A stretch of DNA of 64,000 bases from a virus (taxonomy: Duplodnaviria; Caudoviricetes). The stretch lies in the IMG/VR virus record IMGVR_UViG_3300032319_000568, positions 15,607 to 79,606 of that record; one strand, written 5' to 3'. This document shows, one piece after another, positions 1 through 10,418 of the stretch (positions are counted from its first letter, which is position 1; every line of letters begins with the position of its first letter). Below the pieces are notes generated by a model. It did not search any database. It was not told the DNA's origin and worked only from the letters and a program-made list of their open reading frames with translations. The position numbers and the translations under genes were made by a program.

Positions 1-87
1 AATATATCTTTTAAAATTAATAGTTCACAGTTAAACGAAAGTTATCTTGGATTTTCAAGTCACAATTTTTTTTCCAAGTTAAATGTT

Positions 88-600
88 GTGAAAAACACAG
101 ATGGCATTTTTAATTCTATGGCAATTACAAATAAGCTACCATATGTTAATGTTGATTGTGGACAAATGCATTTAGAATATTTTATACCTTTTTCTTTGCA
201 ATTATATTCACTGAAAAATAAATTGTTCTTTTATGATAACGAAGGATTTGACAACAACAATAATGGAATAGACAATTTAGGAGATAGATATCCTAAATTT
301 ATTCATTTTAATTTAGGTAGCTCTTTTTTATACTATTTGTTAAATCAAGATGCATTTCATAGAACATTGGACAATCATTTAAATTCACATTTTTCATACA
401 TTGATATGTTTGCAAGAAGGTTGTCTATGTATAATTATTTTTTCAATAATTTTCCACAAGAGTTAATTAAAAAATATAAATTAAATGTTTTATTTGCAAT
501 TTGTAAAAACAATCTCAATTCAAACTTAGAATATTTAAATATTAAACACAATTATAATAAATGTGACACATCCAACGAAAGTTATAAGAAATACATATGA
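88..600 (+). CDS. hypothetical protein (true start uncertain)
   Basis: 170-aa ORF; stop overlaps next start (ATGA); no motif recognised. Confidence 0.55.
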   Translation: MKNTDGIFNSMAITNKLPYVNVDCGQMHLEYFIPFSLQLYSLKNKLFFYDNEGFDNNNNGIDNLGDRYPKFIHFNLGSSFLYYLLNQDAFHRTLDNHLNSHFSYIDMFARRLSMYNYFFNNFPQELIKKYKLNVLFAICKNNLNSNLEYLNIKHNYNKCDTSNESYKKYI

Positions 601-1928
601 ATAAAGTTTTAAATTTAAAAGACAATCTCGGTGAATTGCACGTTTCTAAAAAAGAAAATGGTTATTACAATTTAATAAGAAAAAACAATAGAAATAAAAT
701 TATTAATGTTATAGATCATGTACAGTTTTTCAATTCAAACAACGAATGTAAATTGATTCCTATAGATGATAGAATTTTAAAGGAAATTGAATATAAAATT
801 GAAACCAATAGCAATTATTCCTCTTATTTTGTTTTTCACGACACGTTAGATAAAATTGACGATAAATATGTAAATCAAGAAAAATCTCAAGAAGAACATC
901 AATTTACTTCTACAGGAATTAAATTTTGGCGACATCAAGAAAAAATGTTAAATTACAAAAACGGCAATTCACATACCGTCGTATCTACACATATATCTCC
1001 TGAGGGCGCGTGTAATTTAAAATGTCCTTATTGTTCAGTGACATATAGAAAAAATTCTTCGAGAATAGAATTGGACGTAATCAAAGATTATGTAATAAAA
1101 TTGAAATCGCGTGGATTAAAGGCAGTAATTTTGACTGGCGGAGGTGAACCGACAATGTATAAACATTTTAATGAATTAATTAGATGGTTAAAAGAACAAA
1201 ATTTGTCCGTCGCATTAATTACTAATGGAACAAATGCACGATTGGTAAACGATGATGTTTGGGGAATGTTTTCATGGGTACGTGTAAGTGTTAATTTATT
1301 TGACGAGTGGGAATCAAAAATAAATATACCCATAAAATTTTTATCAGATGAATGTATACTTGGTATGTCTCACGTATTTACGGTTGAACATGAAAAAATA
1401 GAATCAACGGAAGTGCTAGAATACTTTGACAAAATATCAAAATTGGCCGACAGATTGAATGCAAAATATATACGTGTTTTACCAAATTGTTTATTAGAAC
1501 AAGAAACGTTGGTCAGAGTACACAGAGGTCTGGATGTAGTATTTACTAAACTTAAAGACCCTAGATTTTTTCATCAATATAAATTTCACGAAGCTCCAAA
1601 ATCAAAAGTATGCCATCAATCATATTTTAGACCGTATCTAAGTGAAGAACCGTTTCATGCAACAGGAATACCAGGAACAGTTTATCCATGCGACAGTGTT
1701 GTACTAAATAGTTCCGTAACTCATTTTGCACAAAAATATCAACTGTGTGGTGCGAGTGATATATTAGAATATATAGATAAAAAAATAAGTCATAAATTTA
1801 TTCCGTGCGAAGATTGTAAAGGTTGTGTTTTTACAAATAATATCAATACAATAGATGATTTTATCAATAATAAAATTGATAGATTTGATGAATTTACAAA
1901 ACCAATAAAACATGAAGAATTTATATGA
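597..1928 (+). CDS. radical SAM protein with SPASM/twitch-like C-terminus
   Basis: CNLKCPYC (CxxxCxxC), LTGGGEP, ITNG motifs; C-terminal Cys cluster (CHQ..YPC..CEDCKGC). Confidence 0.9.
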   Translation: MNKVLNLKDNLGELHVSKKENGYYNLIRKNNRNKIINVIDHVQFFNSNNECKLIPIDDRILKEIEYKIETNSNYSSYFVFHDTLDKIDDKYVNQEKSQEEHQFTSTGIKFWRHQEKMLNYKNGNSHTVVSTHISPEGACNLKCPYCSVTYRKNSSRIELDVIKDYVIKLKSRGLKAVILTGGGEPTMYKHFNELIRWLKEQNLSVALITNGTNARLVNDDVWGMFSWVRVSVNLFDEWESKINIPIKFLSDECILGMSHVFTVEHEKIESTEVLEYFDKISKLADRLNAKYIRVLPNCLLEQETLVRVHRGLDVVFTKLKDPRFFHQYKFHEAPKSKVCHQSYFRPYLSEEPFHATGIPGTVYPCDSVVLNSSVTHFAQKYQLCGASDILEYIDKKISHKFIPCEDCKGCVFTNNINTIDDFINNKIDRFDEFTKPIKHEEFI

Positions 1929-2551
1929 ATTATTTTAATAAAGATTATTATGAAAATGGCATAAGCTCCGGTTTAAGTTTATACACAAATTATAAATGGA
2001 TGCCTGATCTGACAATACCGATGGCGTTTAGAATAATAGAAATACTAAATATAAAAGAAAGTGATTCGATTTTAGATTTTGGTTGTGCAAAAGGTTATAT
2101 GGTAAAATCATTTAGAATGTTATATAGAGATGCATACGGAGTTGATATAAGCGATTACGCCATATCAAACTGTGATAAAGAAGTTGAAAATTATTTACTG
2201 AAAATTGAAGACATAAAAAATATTTCTCAGTTTAATAAAATTTTTGATTACACTATATCTAAAGATGTTTTTGAACACATATCATATGAATATATAGAAG
2301 ATACCATTATCAGTTTAAGACAGTATAGTAAATGTTTATTTGCCGTAATTCCACTCGGAGACGGAAAAAAATATTATATTCCCTCATATGAATTAGATAA
2401 GACACACATCATAAAAGAAGATAAAGATTGGTGGATTGATTTATTTAAAAAATGTGGATTCAAAGATGTAAGTTTTGAATATAAAATAAAAGGTATAAAA
2501 GAAAATTATAATAAAATAGAAAATGGAAATGGATTTTTTATACTTAGATAA
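1925..2551 (+). CDS. class I SAM-dependent methyltransferase
   Basis: ILDFGCAKG motif I, YGVDIS, DVFEHI. Confidence 0.85.
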   Translation: MNYFNKDYYENGISSGLSLYTNYKWMPDLTIPMAFRIIEILNIKESDSILDFGCAKGYMVKSFRMLYRDAYGVDISDYAISNCDKEVENYLLKIEDIKNISQFNKIFDYTISKDVFEHISYEYIEDTIISLRQYSKCLFAVIPLGDGKKYYIPSYELDKTHIIKEDKDWWIDLFKKCGFKDVSFEYKIKGIKENYNKIENGNGFFILR

Positions 2552-2566
2552 TCAATATATATAATT

Positions 2567-3217
2567 ATGGAACAATATTATTCACAATTCGGACAAGATA
2601 AATTTATAATAGAAAATGTTTTTAAAAAAATGACGGATGGGTTTTTTGTGGATATAGGAGCAGGAGATGGTGTTCATATATCAAATACATACGCATTAGA
2701 AAAACAGTACAATTGGACAGGAGTGTGTGTAGAATGTAATTCTATTTCATATGATGCTCTTATTAAAAACAGAAGTTGTAAATTTTATAATAAACCTATA
2801 ACGGAAAAGGGGGGGTTGGTAGAATTTAATCAAATAGATAATTTTGGGTATCATACCACTTTATTCTCGTCAATTTATGAAGTTCCTGTTGAATTTGCAT
2901 CTAATGCTAAAAAAATTAAATTACAATCCACAACAATTGATGATTTTTTAGATGAAATAAATGCTCCAAATATGATTCATTATCTTTCATTAGACATAGA
3001 AGGTGGAGAATATGAAATTTTGGAGTCTTTTTTTGCAAATCATAATCTAAAAAATAATTGGACAAGAGAAATAATATCTTTATCAGTAGAACACAATTTT
3101 GACGAGATTAAACGTAACAAAATAAAAAATTTATTGGAGTCTAATTTATATACCCGAGTCGCTTGTCTAGATGTAGATGACATATACATACATAAACTTT
3201 TTGAAATTAATATATGA
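2567..3217 (+). CDS. FkbM-family methyltransferase
   Basis: YSQFGQD, FVDIGAGDG..SNT, YLSLDIEGGEYEIL. Confidence 0.9.
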   Translation: MEQYYSQFGQDKFIIENVFKKMTDGFFVDIGAGDGVHISNTYALEKQYNWTGVCVECNSISYDALIKNRSCKFYNKPITEKGGLVEFNQIDNFGYHTTLFSSIYEVPVEFASNAKKIKLQSTTIDDFLDEINAPNMIHYLSLDIEGGEYEILESFFANHNLKNNWTREIISLSVEHNFDEIKRNKIKNLLESNLYTRVACLDVDDIYIHKLFEINI

Positions 3218-4164
3218 AAAAACACTTAAGACTTTGTTATGGCGCAGACGATAGATTTGATTATGTTAAAGGTACTGTTATCGTATCAATAAATCATTTT
3301 GATACGATAAGAATAGTGAACACCGGTCCTAAATATTTTGAAAAAAAACTCAAAGAAATATCCGATTCTGAGAAGTTACTAATCAATACTATTGATCCTT
3401 TCTACGGAGATTTAGAACTAGTCAAAGGCAACTACTTAAAAGATATAGATGAAAATGATTGGTTTTTATGGTTGGATGCCGACGAAAGACCTTCACAATC
3501 TTTATTGGATAACTTAGATAATATTATTGATGAATGTGAAAAATTGGGATATACGAAGTGTAGATTTCCGTGGTTACAACACGAAAAAGAAAATGCGAAT
3601 TGTACATTAGAATCGTATAATCATATATGCAAGTCTTTTCCAACCACTATTTTAGAATTTCACAAGACATCTGGTATATATGCTAAGGACGTTTTAATTA
3701 AAAAAATAAAAAATTTATCACCAAGTTCAAATTTCGGAGGTCACGGTTCATATACACCGGAAAATGATAAACATACCAATTACAAAAAATATATAATAAA
3801 TCATTATAAATCAAATCTAGCGAAGGAACAGTCATTAGTCTATTCAACGTGGTTTTTATCATTTATCAATGTAAATACAAACAATCAAAAAGAATTTATA
3901 AACAATTCATGTTATCAATCATTGTTAAAATTTAGAAAAGAAAACGATGTAGTTTTACAAAATGACATGATTGAACGATTGAGATGTAATGATTTAGAGT
4001 TTAAAGAGAAACTTAAAAGTTTACTTTTATCCGATATTTTTAAAAATGCAACGGATTGGTATAGTTATTATTATCGGTGGGCAAGTATATATAATTGTAG
4101 TGTAGAACCAGATACATTATATTGTGGAGGGGAATGTTGTAAATATAATAATATACAATTATGA
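3214..4164 (+). CDS. GT-A fold (GT2-like) glycosyltransferase
   Basis: WFLWLDADE DxD motif; glycan gene context. Confidence 0.65.
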   Translation: MKKHLRLCYGADDRFDYVKGTVIVSINHFDTIRIVNTGPKYFEKKLKEISDSEKLLINTIDPFYGDLELVKGNYLKDIDENDWFLWLDADERPSQSLLDNLDNIIDECEKLGYTKCRFPWLQHEKENANCTLESYNHICKSFPTTILEFHKTSGIYAKDVLIKKIKNLSPSSNFGGHGSYTPENDKHTNYKKYIINHYKSNLAKEQSLVYSTWFLSFINVNTNNQKEFINNSCYQSLLKFRKENDVVLQNDMIERLRCNDLEFKEKLKSLLLSDIFKNATDWYSYYYRWASIYNCSVEPDTLYCGGECCKYNNIQL

Positions 4165-5231
4165 ACGTTTTATTTAGTTTTGAATGTAGTTGGATGCCTA
4201 TAAGAGCTACGACTCTTATTAATTTTTTAAAAAAAAGAGGACATGTCATAGATATTTTAACCACAACAGATACGTTTGATGGCAAAGCTGACATTCGGTT
4301 TAACACAAATTATAAAAATATAAATGAGGTTAATTTAGAGATATATGATTTGTGGATTCATGATTTATTAAATTACGAAAAAATATCGGAAAAAAGTGAT
4401 TTTAACTATTATATAAATAAATTCAAAAATAAGTTTGGAATTATCAATTATGATGATGGATGTGAATTTTTTGACTATAGATTGGAAAATCTATCTAAAG
4501 TTGATATATGGGTAAATAATATATTATATAGAAATAGAAAAAAATATAACAATTATATTGCTAACAAATGTATGTTAGTACCGTCATATATTGAAGATAG
4601 CAATTCACACAATAAAATTTTAGAAAAAAACAAATCGTTCGTGCCATTTTCTAATAAAAAAGACAGAGTTTATTTTACGGGTACACTGACCGGAGGATTT
4701 CCGTGTTATGAACACAGATCTAATATTATATCAGAGGTTGACAAATTGGAAATTGAAAAGTTAATTCGTGTACATGGAAGTGAAAATCACGTCGTTTTGA
4801 AATGGTTTTATGATCATATAATTCCAATAAAATATAAAAAAGAAATGGTTAATTATGATGCATTTATAAATGAAATAAACAACTCAAAATTTGTATTGTG
4901 TTTAAAGGGAAATGGTACGGATCCTACCCGTAGATATTTTGAAAGTTTATCATTTAATTGTTTATCTTTTGTTACGGAAAATAATTATACTGAACATTTG
5001 TTAGAGTGTGAAGGGAACAAACATTATATAGGCATTAAATTAGATGCGTCAGATATAAATTCTAAAATAAATTATTATAATAATAATACACATGAGGCGA
5101 AAAAAATCGCTGATGCCGGATATAATTTTTGGAATGAAAATTATAGAATTTTTGAAGACGGATCGTTGAGTATACATATGGAAAATTATATCATTGATAA
5201 CTTTAATAAAATTGCTAGCATTAAATTATAA
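4161..5231 (+). CDS. GT-B fold glycosyltransferase-like protein
   Basis: RVYFTGT..R, SKFVLCLKGNG..TRRYFESL..N..F motif typical of C-terminal GT-B domains. Confidence 0.65.
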   Translation: MNVLFSFECSWMPIRATTLINFLKKRGHVIDILTTTDTFDGKADIRFNTNYKNINEVNLEIYDLWIHDLLNYEKISEKSDFNYYINKFKNKFGIINYDDGCEFFDYRLENLSKVDIWVNNILYRNRKKYNNYIANKCMLVPSYIEDSNSHNKILEKNKSFVPFSNKKDRVYFTGTLTGGFPCYEHRSNIISEVDKLEIEKLIRVHGSENHVVLKWFYDHIIPIKYKKEMVNYDAFINEINNSKFVLCLKGNGTDPTRRYFESLSFNCLSFVTENNYTEHLLECEGNKHYIGIKLDASDINSKINYYNNNTHEAKKIADAGYNFWNENYRIFEDGSLSIHMENYIIDNFNKIASIKL

Positions 5232-6109
5232 TGATATTTGATTTAAAAGATCTAGATATAGAAATTTTAAAAAAATTCGACAGAGAATATAATTACTTCA
5301 ATCCGTCTCATTTTAATGGCAGAACTATCTTTCGTCGAGAAAGTAAGTTTGAAGATAAACTATTGGTCAGTGATATTGTAGATGAACACGATATTGTTTT
5401 ATTACAACACCACACAGATGACATGTATCTATGGAGTTACGAAGATGCTAGATTTATAAATGAATCTGAAATTAGCGTGTGTTGTTGTAAACGAGATAAG
5501 CATGATGTTGAAAAAATAATAAATGTTGAGTTTAAAAAGTATAATTTAACTACAAAAGAGTTTACACATTTTAAAACTCAAAATGCTCATTTTGAAAAAC
5601 ACTGGCAATTTTATAATGACAAGATAATTTATCATGTAAATCCATATACGATTATGGATAGTAATGAAAATATTATATACAAAAAACAAATTAATTTACA
5701 ACCTTGGATTGAAAAATATGGTAATCCTGGTTTGAGTACAAATGTCTTTGAAGTAGATGGTATTAAGTATTTACTGTTTCATAGTTATGTAACTCACAAT
5801 GGAATTAATTTAAAATATTACGTTGGGATTTTAAAATTAAATGACGATTTAACTCCAATTGAATATTGCAGCGATCCACTTTTTGGCAGTGTAGAAGGTT
5901 ATGAAAATCAAATATTTAGAAATTATTTCGATTGGAAAAGAAGATTAGACATAACTCCCACAATAGTTGATGTTATATTTCCTATGACAGTTACAACCGA
6001 CCATGATAATATTAATATATATTCTGGCATTAATGATTACGTGTGTCTAAAAATTGTAATTAATAAACAAAAATATATTGAAAATGTCAAATTTAGAATA
6101 ATTGATTGA
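5231..6109 (+). CDS. hypothetical protein, possibly beta-propeller glycosidase/phosphorylase-like
   Basis: FNPS, YEDAR, EKHWQF, VIFP motifs reminiscent of GH130-like propellers; weak. Confidence 0.4.
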   Translation: MIFDLKDLDIEILKKFDREYNYFNPSHFNGRTIFRRESKFEDKLLVSDIVDEHDIVLLQHHTDDMYLWSYEDARFINESEISVCCCKRDKHDVEKIINVEFKKYNLTTKEFTHFKTQNAHFEKHWQFYNDKIIYHVNPYTIMDSNENIIYKKQINLQPWIEKYGNPGLSTNVFEVDGIKYLLFHSYVTHNGINLKYYVGILKLNDDLTPIEYCSDPLFGSVEGYENQIFRNYFDWKRRLDITPTIVDVIFPMTVTTDHDNINIYSGINDYVCLKIVINKQKYIENVKFRIID

Positions 6110-6998
6110 AAAAATTTAATAGATTTGTTTGATTTCTAGACATGATATCAAGATACATTTCACGACGTTGTTTATTTTTACCAATAGGATCGAACGTTTT
6201 TAATTTATTTTTAAATTCCGTTGGATCTACATAAAAACTTTGTCTAAATGGATATAAGTTTGATACATTATCATTATCAAACAAATATTGCAAGTTAATA
6301 TTTTTTGATGTAGGCAACATGTGAACTAACGAAGTGTCCAATTGTTCTTTGAATACCGGAATATCACTACATATAATTTCCGATCCAGTGGACAGTCCTT
6401 CGAATAAATAATGTCCCCAACTTTCATATAAACTAATACAAATGTGTGTCGAATGAGAATTTAACAATGTTATTATTTGATTTGTTGATTGGTATGTGTT
6501 TACATGAGAAATATTATTTTTAGGACTATATCTATACTATGGATCTATGAGTGTTATTGGCAATTCTTGTTCTAATACTAATTCAGTATTTTTTTGTATT
6601 GATCGTCCCATGAAGTTCAAAAATTTATTAGTTTTTTGTATATCCGAACGATAATAGTCATGTGAAACAAATGGTAAACAAACGCAATTGCAATGTGATT
6701 TTAGTAAATTGTATGCATACATTGATTTGCACACAACGAAGTTAAATTTTTTTAGATCCTCAAATGAACGATCAAACCATTCTTCATTAATAAAAAAAAT
6801 GTTAAATTTAAAATTATCTAACATATTTGACTGGTAATTTTGAATCCAAATAGCAATATCAGATTTATAATTAAAATCGATTGTATCTAGAAAAGTAATA
6901 TTAACATTCGTTGTTATTTTTTTAATTATATTCCTCAATAATATTGAGTCTGTTAAAATTCCAACATAATTATTAAAAGTCAATATATCACATTTCAT
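6093..6998 (-). pseudogene. GT4-like glycosyltransferase interrupted by one in-frame TAG at 6537-6539
   Basis: ORFs 6537..6998 and 6093..6467 are in the same frame joined by 23 sense codons (..ITLIDP*YRYSPK..HICISLYESWGHYLFEGL..IICSD, ExxGxxxxE motif). Confidence 0.75.
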
Positions 6999-7010
6999 AC
7001 CTATACGTAT

Positions 7011-7688
7011 ATGTCACGTGTCATATTATTCAGCCATCATTACGTTAATGACAAAATTATTGAACGGTTTAATAATTTAATAAATTTAAATCCTACATGG
7101 GATGTACATCCAATTGGATTTCAAGGATACAGTTTATTACCAAATTCTCTGATTGTTAATAAGGACAAATACCCTACAAATTTTGAATTAAGAGAGACAC
7201 ATCCAAATCATCATGTAGATTGGTTTGACCCGGATTTATTTATTTACGATGGCTTTTTACAATGCCCAAATTATGATGCATATTTTTTATATGAATATGA
7301 TACAATATGTAATATTCCCATTGATAAATTTTTTGACACAACTTTAGATTTTTTTGGTAACAATATCTCTAATCCGGCAAATGAGAATTGGGAATGGGTG
7401 GAACGATATAGATTAACAAATAAAAATCATCATCATTTCAAAACATTATATGCATATGGTCAATCAACATGCATTTATTTTAAAAAACATATATTAGAAC
7501 AATGTGTAAATGAATTATTTACAAATAAACATTTATATAATAATATGTTGTCTGAACTCAGAGGTGGAACATTAGCTCAAAAATTTACAAATCTTAAAAA
7601 AGGAAGAGTTGATATAGATAAATTTATTACATGGCATCAAATAGATCCGTGTTTAACAGGTGAATATTTTTATCATCCTATGAAATAA
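7011..7688 (+). CDS. hypothetical protein, glycosyltransferase-like
   Basis: YFLYEYDT DxD-like motif, C-terminal YHPMK; context. Confidence 0.45.
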   Translation: MSRVILFSHHYVNDKIIERFNNLINLNPTWDVHPIGFQGYSLLPNSLIVNKDKYPTNFELRETHPNHHVDWFDPDLFIYDGFLQCPNYDAYFLYEYDTICNIPIDKFFDTTLDFFGNNISNPANENWEWVERYRLTNKNHHHFKTLYAYGQSTCIYFKKHILEQCVNELFTNKHLYNNMLSELRGGTLAQKFTNLKKGRVDIDKFITWHQIDPCLTGEYFYHPMK

Positions 7689-8385
7689 TATTAATATCTT
7701 TAATTCCAGAAGCATGTGCATTTAAATGCAATAATTTTACCGGATTTTTATTATCTTTTTCATAGATGCATGGAGGATGTGTGTATCCTGAATGTAATAA
7801 TCTAGACGGATTATTTAATATATATTTATTAAAATGTGATTCATCGTGCCACAAAGCGATATAGTTATTTTTTAGATCAGTATTGATGTTTTCATTTAAT
7901 TCTTCCGACATTTTTATAAAAATATGTGAAGATGATCCAAAAAAACAAGCTTGGCAATATTTTCCATATAGTTCATCCGTTACTTCTACATATGCGGTTG
8001 ATTGTGTGTTTGTTTCATATGTACCGGTAGAATTTTCCAAGTAGAAATGTTTTGTAGCAATCATTTCATTATTTGATGGTAGTATTTCTTCATCTATGAA
8101 TGAATGAACCAACATATCACAATCAATATAATAAACATAATCGAATGTTTTTAATATGTTTGATATATTAGTAAAATAAAAAAATCTCATTAAAGTGGTA
8201 ATCGGCCACGGCAAATGATTGATTTTAATTACATTTGTATTTGTATAATTTATATCTACGTCTGTAAATACAAATAATGTTTTATCATGATTTGGTAAAA
8301 ACTTTAAAAATATACTTTTATGTAGTGGTTCTAAAAATGAAGTATATTTGCTTGTTGCAATTGTTAATAATGCTATTTTTGCCAT
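7678..8385 (-). CDS. GT6-family (ABO-type alpha-1,3-Gal/GalNAc) glycosyltransferase
   Basis: IATSKY..F, FVFTD, WP..TLMRF, YYIDCDM (DxD), WHDESHFNKY are GT6 hallmark motifs. Confidence 0.88.
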   Translation of the reverse strand: MAKIALLTIATSKYTSFLEPLHKSIFLKFLPNHDKTLFVFTDVDINYTNTNVIKINHLPWPITTLMRFFYFTNISNILKTFDYVYYIDCDMLVHSFIDEEILPSNNEMIATKHFYLENSTGTYETNTQSTAYVEVTDELYGKYCQACFFGSSSHIFIKMSEELNENINTDLKNNYIALWHDESHFNKYILNNPSRLLHSGYTHPPCIYEKDNKNPVKLLHLNAHASGIKDINIIS

Positions 8386-9098
8386 AAATCAAATGTTTTG
8401 ATTTTTTCCTTGTATTCTTGATATTTCCATCCTGTAAAATGATAAATGTACCCTTCCATAACAGAAGAATCTAATGGTGGATCTATATAATTCCACTCTT
8501 TTGGTATGTAAACTAGTTTGTTTTTCAAATATCCCATCATTGCATAATTAAGAAGTGCTTGTTCCACTTGATGAATTTGCTTATATTCGTTTGAAATTAG
8601 AGACAGTGAATTTATTATTTTGTCAAATATGTATATATGAGTTTTCGGAGTAAACATAAACACACCCGCATTAAAAAATCCATTACAATATTCGTTGTGA
8701 TCCAGATCAATTTTTAATGCATTTTTACATTGATCGTACCAAGGACTGCATAATTGTACTTTTTTAAAATCATTCTTCACTTCATCTGATAAAAAAGATT
8801 GCTGCATGTCTTTAACAACATATACATTATTAATATCTACGAATTTTTCAAATGGATTTGGCGAGTCATGTTTTATGACAATATCTGTATCTAAATACAG
8901 ACACCGATCAAAATTTATTACCTGATGTGGCAAATAAAATTTTGTAAACATATCATGAAATCCATCTGGTTGAAGTGATGTTTCTATGCGTATATATTTA
9001 CAATTCCAATTCTTGCACGCTTGCTCAATACTTTCTTCAACATTCTGAGAAATATTATATGGGTTATTTTTTGTATTAAACGAAACAATAACATTCAT
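8373..9098 (-). CDS. GT8-family glycosyltransferase
   Basis: LYLDTDI, FNAGVF, EQALLN, WNY, HFTG motifs. Confidence 0.85.
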   Translation of the reverse strand: MNVIVSFNTKNNPYNISQNVEESIEQACKNWNCKYIRIETSLQPDGFHDMFTKFYLPHQVINFDRCLYLDTDIVIKHDSPNPFEKFVDINNVYVVKDMQQSFLSDEVKNDFKKVQLCSPWYDQCKNALKIDLDHNEYCNGFFNAGVFMFTPKTHIYIFDKIINSLSLISNEYKQIHQVEQALLNYAMMGYLKNKLVYIPKEWNYIDPPLDSSVMEGYIYHFTGWKYQEYKEKIKTFDLWQK

Positions 9099-9109
9099 AA
9101 AAAATATAT

Positions 9110-9823
9110 ATGTCTATGAATATTCAAGATTGGAAAAACTTAGTAGATGTGGAACTATCTCATTGGAATCATGTTTTTTATAAATACACAACAGATACAA
9201 ATTCATATTTACATCAATATGTTAAAAAACGTTTGGATATAGAATTGCCATTACATAAAAATGTTCAATCATTGGTAGATTTAATAGATAAAATAGAAAT
9301 AACAATTTTAGATGTAGGATCCGGTCCGGTTCCATTTTTAGGAAGAAAATCTACAAAAAATATAAAATTAACAGCAGTAGATTATTTAGCAAAAAATTAT
9401 TATGAATTGTATAATCAATATAATGTTTATCCGCCAACAATTCCGTTACCTATAGATGCATCGGAGTTATCATTGACTTTTAAAAATAATTCATTCGACA
9501 TTGTTTATGCTAGAAACAGCATTGACCACACATTCAACCCAATTAAATGCATTCAGGAAATGGTGAATGTTTCTAATAAATATGTTATTTTAGAACACAA
9601 AATAAATGAAGGTATGATTGAAAATTATCAAGGATTACATAATTGGAATTTTTTTATTAAAGACTCGGAATTTTATATTGGTAATAAATATGGAGAGGAA
9701 GTTTGTGTGAATGAGCATCTACCAAATTCAACAATTAATTGTCAATTGACTACTGAAGAAGAAGAACAAATTGATGATTGGTTAGTAGTTATTATTTCTC
9801 AAAATAAATTAAAGAATCTCTAA
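9110..9823 (+). CDS. class I SAM-dependent methyltransferase
   Basis: ILDVGSGP, FDIVYARNSIDH. Confidence 0.85.
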   Translation: MSMNIQDWKNLVDVELSHWNHVFYKYTTDTNSYLHQYVKKRLDIELPLHKNVQSLVDLIDKIEITILDVGSGPVPFLGRKSTKNIKLTAVDYLAKNYYELYNQYNVYPPTIPLPIDASELSLTFKNNSFDIVYARNSIDHTFNPIKCIQEMVNVSNKYVILEHKINEGMIENYQGLHNWNFFIKDSEFYIGNKYGEEVCVNEHLPNSTINCQLTTEEEEQIDDWLVVIISQNKLKNL

Positions 9824-10361
9824 AATTTGGTAATATATCTTTTAAATTTTTAAAATTCAAACTATTCATCATATTGATTGTGTGTTGTTCATTGTTATAA
9901 TACCAATTTCCACATTTATCTTTTGTGTTTATATGTTTTAATTTAAAATTACGATTCCAATTAGCAAACATAATAACTCCATTACTTCCTGATTTCATTT
10001 TTTTGTAAATATTTTTCATATATTCTTCACACGCATGTTTACTAAAATGACAAAACGTTCCAAAACTCCATACAAAATCTATCGAGTTATCCTCGATGTT
10101 CGTGCAATAATAATTTTTTGAATCTACCTCTATATATTTAATATTGTCATTTAATTTAAATGTTGGTGATATAACATCTATACAGTGAATTAATTTATAA
10201 TTCGGGGAGAGATAGTTAGTAGTCCACATGCCACCACCACAACCAATTTCTAATACGTCGTGATCCTTGTTATAAAATGGTAAAAGGCAGTTTTTAACAA
10301 TTTCTTGTTCTGCATTGTATTCGTATCCTTTCCAATCTTCGTAATAACCATAACCAAACAT
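9792..10361 (-). CDS. class I SAM-dependent methyltransferase
   Basis: VLEIGCGGGMWT, SIDFVWSFGTFCH. Confidence 0.85.
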   Translation of the reverse strand: MFGYGYYEDWKGYEYNAEQEIVKNCLLPFYNKDHDVLEIGCGGGMWTTNYLSPNYKLIHCIDVISPTFKLNDNIKYIEVDSKNYYCTNIEDNSIDFVWSFGTFCHFSKHACEEYMKNIYKKMKSGSNGVIMFANWNRNFKLKHINTKDKCGNWYYNNEQHTINMMNSLNFKNLKDILPNFRDSLIYFEK

Positions 10362-10418
10362 TTTAATAAAATCCGATTTTCAATGTCATCTATAAAAATA
10401 TCATTCATACATATATAT

